Below, one piece after another: positions 9,194 to 13,981 of a stretch of 13,981 nucleotides of DNA. The position numbers were made by a program, and so were the translations under genes. Origin of the DNA: Octopus sinensis (Eukaryota); assembly GCF_006345805.1 (NCBI RefSeq), contig NW_021825901.1:1-13981 (forward strand), given 5' to 3'. Every line of letters begins with the position of its first letter. Positions within the stretch are counted from its first letter, which is position 1. The notes beneath the pieces are model-generated. The model was not told the origin of the DNA, made no database searches, and saw only the letters and a program-made list of their open reading frames with translations.

Positions 9194-9392
9194 GGCGGCG
9201 AGCTGGCAGAATCGTTAGCACGCTGGACGAAATGCTTAGCGGCATTTCGCCCGTCGCTACGTTCTGAGTTCAAATTCCGCCGAGGTCGACTTTGTCTTTC
9301 GTCCTTTCGGGGTCGATAAAATAAGCACCAGTTCAACACGGGGATCGATTTAATAGACTCATTCTCATCTCCCCCGAGCTGCCCTTGTGAAA
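9194..9392 (+). mobile_element. Full-length tRNA-headed SINE (family B) embedded in (ATT)n
   Basis: Starts GGCGGCGAGCTGGCAGAATCG; B-box-like GAGTTCAAATTCC 9266-9278; homologous to 3511-3726. Confidence 0.9.
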
Positions 9393-9398
9393 TTATTA

Positions 9399-9438
<40 letters not shown>

Positions 9439-9447
9439 TATTATTAC

Positions 9448-9510
<63 letters not shown>
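9393..9510. repeat. (ATT)n array
   Basis: Near-perfect run. Confidence 0.97.
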
Positions 9511-9511
<1 letters not shown>

Positions 9512-9636
9512 TCCTTCGTTCTTCAAATTTTCTTCTGTTTCTCGCCGAAGTATTTTCCGTACACCAGGGGCAGAGAAGCTCATTGTATGCATTCCCAGAT
9601 TACACTCGCAAATTCACAGGTAAAATAGGTTACTTT

Positions 9637-9771
9637 GAAAAACTGTCGAACTATAAGGATCTTGAGATTGTGATATCTAGGACATGGCAATTAAAAACTC
9701 AAATCACCCCAGTTGTTTTAGGTGCCCTGGGAATGATTAAGAAACGTAGTGACAAATTTTTTGACCAGATC
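9637..9771 (+). mobile_element. Relic of a restriction-like endonuclease domain, R4/Dong-type non-LTR retrotransposon
   Basis: EKLSNYKDLEIVISRTWQLKTQITPVVLGALGMIKKRSDKFFDQI fits the K-x2-KY-x-DL...W...PVV-x-GALG motif of RLE-class elements. Confidence 0.75.
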
Positions 9772-10392
9772 TTGCTGTATTTTCTGCTACCCAAAGCCCA
9801 AATTTTACAGGGCTTAGAAAAACTGAAGGACTGCCGCAATAAGTGTGTGAATTTGAGAAGGGAATATGTTGACTAAAATCATAATTAACTGATCCTCCTA
9901 TATTTTGTTTTACCCAAAACCAAGAATTTTTACAGAGCTTAGAAAAACCGAAGGACTGCTGTAATAAGTATGTGAATCTGAGTGGGCATATTCTTTTATT
10001 CTTTTATTTGTTTCAGCTATATGACTGTGGTAATGCTGGAGTGTTGAAGAAAATCATAACTGATCCTCCTGGTAACATTTACGGGGCTTAGAAAGACTGA
10101 AGACTGTTGAAATATGTGTGTGATTTTGAGAGGAGAATATGTTGAATAAAATCATAATTAATTGATCCTCCTGTATTCCTCTTTACCCAAACCCAGAAAC
10201 TTTGACAGGGCTTAGAAAAAGTGAAAGACTGCTGCAATGAGTGTGTGAATCTAAGAGAATATGTTGAATAAAATCATAATTAACTGATCCTCCTATATTT
10301 TGTTTTACCCAAAACCAAGAATTTTTTCAGAGCTTAGAAAAACTGACCCTAACCCTAATACTCCTGTATTTTGTTTTACTAAAAGCTTAGAA
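9768..10392 (+). repeat. ~124-bp tandem satellite, about 5 units
   Basis: GCTTAGAA anchor at 9812, 9937, 10086, 10210, 10332 and partial 10385. Confidence 0.92.
9991..10041 (-). mobile_element. 51-bp SINE family A 3' tail inserted in the satellite
   Basis: Reverse complement matches 3060-3110; removing it restores GGGCATATGTTGAA, close to the satellite consensus. Confidence 0.8.
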
Positions 10393-10904
10393 CTTTTCTG
10401 CTCCTCCTTACACCTGTCAATCGATAATATATCGTCATTTGCAATGGAAAAGGCATCAAAACGATGATTACTTTCCGTCAAATTCGAACGCAAATACGCC
10501 AATCGCTGTTGTGATCGTCACAGGCGAACACGTCTTCCTTTACGGCGACTATGCGTTCACACCACACTCAGTTCGTTACTACGGTACGAATTGGTGATGC
10601 AAAGCAAAGAAAAAAGATAACAGATTTACCTGGTGTTAGATTTCTTTTAGAATCCGAAGCAATCTGGAGGAAATAGTAACTCTTACATCTGCTCGGAACA
10701 CTTCGCCATCTGCAGGAAATAGATTCTTTATCCTAAAATAAATAGAGGAAAAAAAAAAAAGGAAAACCAGAAATCTCTCTCTCAGGATTCAAGATGTATA
10801 TTCCGTAGTTCGATCCAATCTGCGGCTTAGTCATACAATTCATTATAATGTACATAGGTGGGTTTGCCAGCTACACATGTGGCCTTCACATGTGGCCTTC
10901 ACAT

Positions 10905-11254
10905 GTATACATACAAACACAAACACGCACGCATGCTCACAGTTATCTACATCAACTAACACATATTGTGTATACATACATACACACATACACTCATAAA
11001 CTCATATACATACACACGCTGATGTATATGTCTACATATGTATATATGTATGTATGTATATAATACATTTATACATATATATAATATATGTATATGTATA
11101 TATATATATAATGTAAATTATATATGTAATATATATGTATATATATATATATGTATAGATATATATAATGTATATATATATTATATATATATGTATATAT
11201 AAATAAATGTATATATATATATAATATATATAACATATATAATATATACTTATA
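10905..11254. repeat. Degenerate (CA)/(TA) field
   Basis: Directly visible. Confidence 0.88.
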
Positions 11255-11578
11255 TGTCTTCTGCTTTAGCCTCGAGCCGACCAAAGCATTTTGAGTGGAT
11301 TTGGTAGACGGAAACTGAAGAAGCCCGTCGTATATTTATATATATATTATGTGTGTGTGTGTCTGTGTGTGTGTAAGCATTTGTGTGTCTGTTTGTCCCA
11401 CACCATCGCTTCATAACCGATATTGGTCTGTTAGCGGTTCGTCAAAAGAGATCCGATAGGATAAGTACTACGCTTACGAAGAATAAGGCCTGGCATCGAT
11501 TTGTTTGACTAAAAGGCGGTGCTTCAGCATGGCCGCAGTCAAATTACTGAAACAAGTAAAAGAATAAGAATAAAAGAA
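11255..11578 (+). mobile_element. 5'-truncated SINE family A copy
   Basis: Collinear with 2720-3113, including linker and tail; lacks the internal duplication. Confidence 0.9.
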
Positions 11579-11840
11579 CACATACATATATGAGTCTGTG
11601 TGTGTGTCCTCACACACGAAGTGAGAATGGAACAGCTAATGAAGGAGTTCAACTCAAACCAGCACTTGAGTGAGAGTGGAGTCAATCATCTATTATACAT
11701 TTCATGGTGGGCGTGACTAGGTCATTGTTCTCATTCATGTCTGTATGCTTAATGTTCGAATTGTCAGCCGCACGACGTTGAAACAATTGTAAACAATGGA
11801 ATACATGCAATGTCAGTTACTCCGTTATTCATTTACTGCT

Positions 11841-11850
11841 TACATATGTG

Positions 11851-11936
<86 letters not shown>

Positions 11937-12166
11937 GTATGTGTGTGTACAGATGCACCTGCACTTACATACTACATATATATGCGTGTGTGTGTACATA
12001 TACACACACGCACGCAGACACAGATATATATATATATATATATACATATACCTCTCTGTGTGTTTGTGCGTGTGCATTTTCTTGCGTGCGCGTGTGTATA
12101 TTTGAGCGCGACTGCATCTGTGTATGTGTGTGTGTGTGTGTGTGTCTGTGTGTGTGTGTGTGTGTG
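11841..12166. repeat. Compound (TA)/(CA)/(TG) field
   Basis: Directly visible. Confidence 0.92.
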
Positions 12167-12283
12167 ATTCTTCAGACAGAATACATGTTGATACTTGATT
12201 GAAGAATGGATTTTAAACATCGATACGTGGGCAGGAAAAAAATAATGTTGACAGCGTGAGAGAAAGCGATATACAGATACAAG

Positions 12284-12284
<1 letters not shown>

Positions 12285-12360
<76 letters not shown>
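12285..12360. repeat. Perfect (GATA)19
   Basis: Uninterrupted 76-bp run. Confidence 0.97.
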
Positions 12361-12362
<2 letters not shown>

Positions 12363-12839
12363 GTGATAGAGAGAGGGATGGAGAGAGAATAAGAAAAACA
12401 AGAGAGGGTGAACTGAACGCAGAAAAGGAAGTAAGTGAACTAGGAACTCAGAAATAGCGGTTGGAATAAAAAAAAACCACAGAAAAATGGAATATCGCTG
12501 AATTTTATTTCCTTGTTTCTTTGTGTGTTTACGACAAGAGGGAACATTTTGGACCATAAAAAATATAACGAACGTCACGATTGTTTATGCAAATAGCTCT
12601 TGAGAAGTTGCACTTGAAGCCCTCTGAAAAAATAAAAAAAAGAAGTAAATAAATACATAAATAAATAAACATGCATGTATTGTGTAAAAAGTAGTGGAGA
12701 AGAAGGAAAGAAGGGAGAAATGGAAGCAGAATACAAAGCGTAGGGCAAATTCATGTAAGAAAAAATATCTTTTAAACTATTTTTTGATGTTTTTTTTAAA
12801 AATTCAAGTACTAGGCTATCAGTTTTTATGTGTGGGAAT

Positions 12840-12920
12840 CAGTCGATACCATCTACCAAAGCACTTGACTGGTACTTTATTTTATCGACCTAGAAAGGAT
12901 GAAAGAGAACATTGACCTCG
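12840..12920 (-). mobile_element. SINE family B central fragment
   Basis: ACTGGTACTTTATTTTATCGACCTAGAAAGGATGAAAG matches 3592-3628. Confidence 0.8.
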
Positions 12921-13085
12921 ATTGAAACTGGTTGGAAGCCCGTAATCTATCTATCTATATGTCTGTCTGTTCGTCCCACTGCTTGTCTGTTTGTCTGTCT
13001 GTGTGTCTGTCTGTTTGTCTACCTGTCCGTCCGTCCATCCGTCTATCTATTTATCTATTTCTCTGTCTGTCCGTCTATCTCTTTG

Positions 13086-13119
<34 letters not shown>

Positions 13120-13157
13120 GCCTGTCTATCTGTCTACTGGCTGTCTGTCTGTGTGTC

Positions 13158-13197
<40 letters not shown>

Positions 13198-13198
13198 C

Positions 13199-13234
<36 letters not shown>

Positions 13235-13355
13235 TCACCCATCTATTTATCTAAATGTGTGTGTGTGTGTCTTTTATCTTACGTTTTACCCAGCCCGCCC
13301 ACATCGCTTCACAGCCGTAACTTAGCGGTTCGGCCACAAGAGAAAAGTACAAGTG
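12921..13355 (+). mobile_element. Degenerate SINE family A fragment with linker expanded to ~330 bp of (CTGT)n/(CTAT)n
   Basis: GAAACTG..GAAGCCCGT upstream and CATCGCTTCACA..CGTAACTTAGCGGTTCGGC downstream match the family A linker flanks. Confidence 0.72.
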
Positions 13356-13451
13356 TTTGAAAAATTTTTATTTGAAATTCTTACCTTTCGAAAATTTTTC
13401 CTCCACGCCGAGACGACCAGTCCCATATCAATCACTTCTGGTCAGCTTCAC

Positions 13452-13543
13452 ATAGCCGACCTCGGCGGATTTTGGCTCAGAAAGTACGGCCGGTAGAAAT
13501 CCCACTAAGCCTTTTGCCTAGCGTGCTAAAGATTCTTCCAGCT
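13452..13543 (-). mobile_element. SINE family B tRNA-like head, diverged
   Basis: Reverse complement aligns with 9201-9295. Confidence 0.8.
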
Positions 13544-13550
13544 GAACACC

Positions 13551-13834
13551 AAGTGGTTAGGGTGTTTCACTCACGATCGCGGGATTGTGGTTTCAAGTCT
13601 TAGACCAGGTGCTGCGTGGTGTTCGTGAGCAAATCGCTTCCTCTCATAATGCTCTATGATCCCTGCAACACCCGACACGTGGTACACTGTTCCGGCAACG
13701 CCGATTTGATGGAGGGCGTGCGCTAATGTTCCGGCAGCAACATTTGATCATCATAAACAATTAATTCATTTGTGGAGGTCGTTCGGCAAAAGCTGAACGC
13801 TCATACGTCGCATTCCACGCGAGAGTCCGTCGTT
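13551..13834 (+). mobile_element. tRNA-headed SINE (family D), diverged
   Basis: AGTGGTTAGGGTG (A-box-like), GGTTTCAAGTC (B-box-like), degenerate V-like GTGAGCAA, followed by an AAT/GAA tail; single copy in window. Confidence 0.6.
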
Positions 13835-13868
13835 ATTATTAACAAGAACAACAATAATAATAATAAGT

Positions 13869-13981
13869 AGAAGAAGAAGAAGAAGAAGAAGATGAAGAAG
13901 AATTAGATGAAGAAGAAGAAGAATTAGAAAAATTAGATGAAGAAGAAGAAGAATTAGAAGAATTAGATGAAGAAGAAGAAG
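13869..13981. repeat. (GAA)n with a 30-bp higher-order unit, truncated by the window end
   Basis: AATTAGATGA at 13901, 13931 and 13961. Confidence 0.92.

Noticed and set aside
9772-9876. Extension of the RLE ORF to its stop at 9876
   Set aside because: After DQI the frame runs into satellite sequence and loses similarity
10347-10358. (CCCTAA)2 telomere-like motif at the satellite break
   Set aside because: Only two units; not enough to call an interstitial telomeric sequence
9768-10392. CRISPR-like array
   Set aside because: Whole units repeat with no unique spacers, and the context is eukaryotic
10874-10906. CACATGT x3 E-box-like cluster
   Set aside because: Explained by a simple 13-bp tandem duplication next to CA-rich repeats
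213-13360. Listed ORFs with poly-Q/L/Y/I and YI/CV/LSIY/HT repeats (e.g. 6742..7404, 7480..8073, 12912..13325)
   Set aside because: They are open only because the microsatellite units lack stop codons; no domain motifs or convincing exon structure

Overview
Eukaryotic, AT-rich, mostly non-coding DNA with dense microsatellites and tRNA-headed SINE copies. The repeat style and SINE sequences resemble octopus/cephalopod genomes; this is inferred from recollection, not from a search. No intact protein-coding gene is supported, and nearly all listed ORFs are read-through of simple repeats. The most notable region is 4.4-6.1 kb. It holds a minimal type I hammerhead-ribozyme motif (5765-5821, CCGAUGA core variant, palindromic stem III) inside a probable Penelope-like pseudo-LTR, surrounded by several inverted repeats (253-bp arms, a 48-bp hairpin, an inverted copy of the element end). 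Other features are a SINE with a perfect 14-bp target-site duplication, a 92-bp tandem repeat with CRE/ETS-like cores, a ~124-bp satellite interrupted by a SINE tail, an R4/Dong-like endonuclease relic beside (TAA)n arrays, a possible integrase zinc-finger relic, and two candidate promoter/first-exon islands. SINE family labels A-D are my working names.
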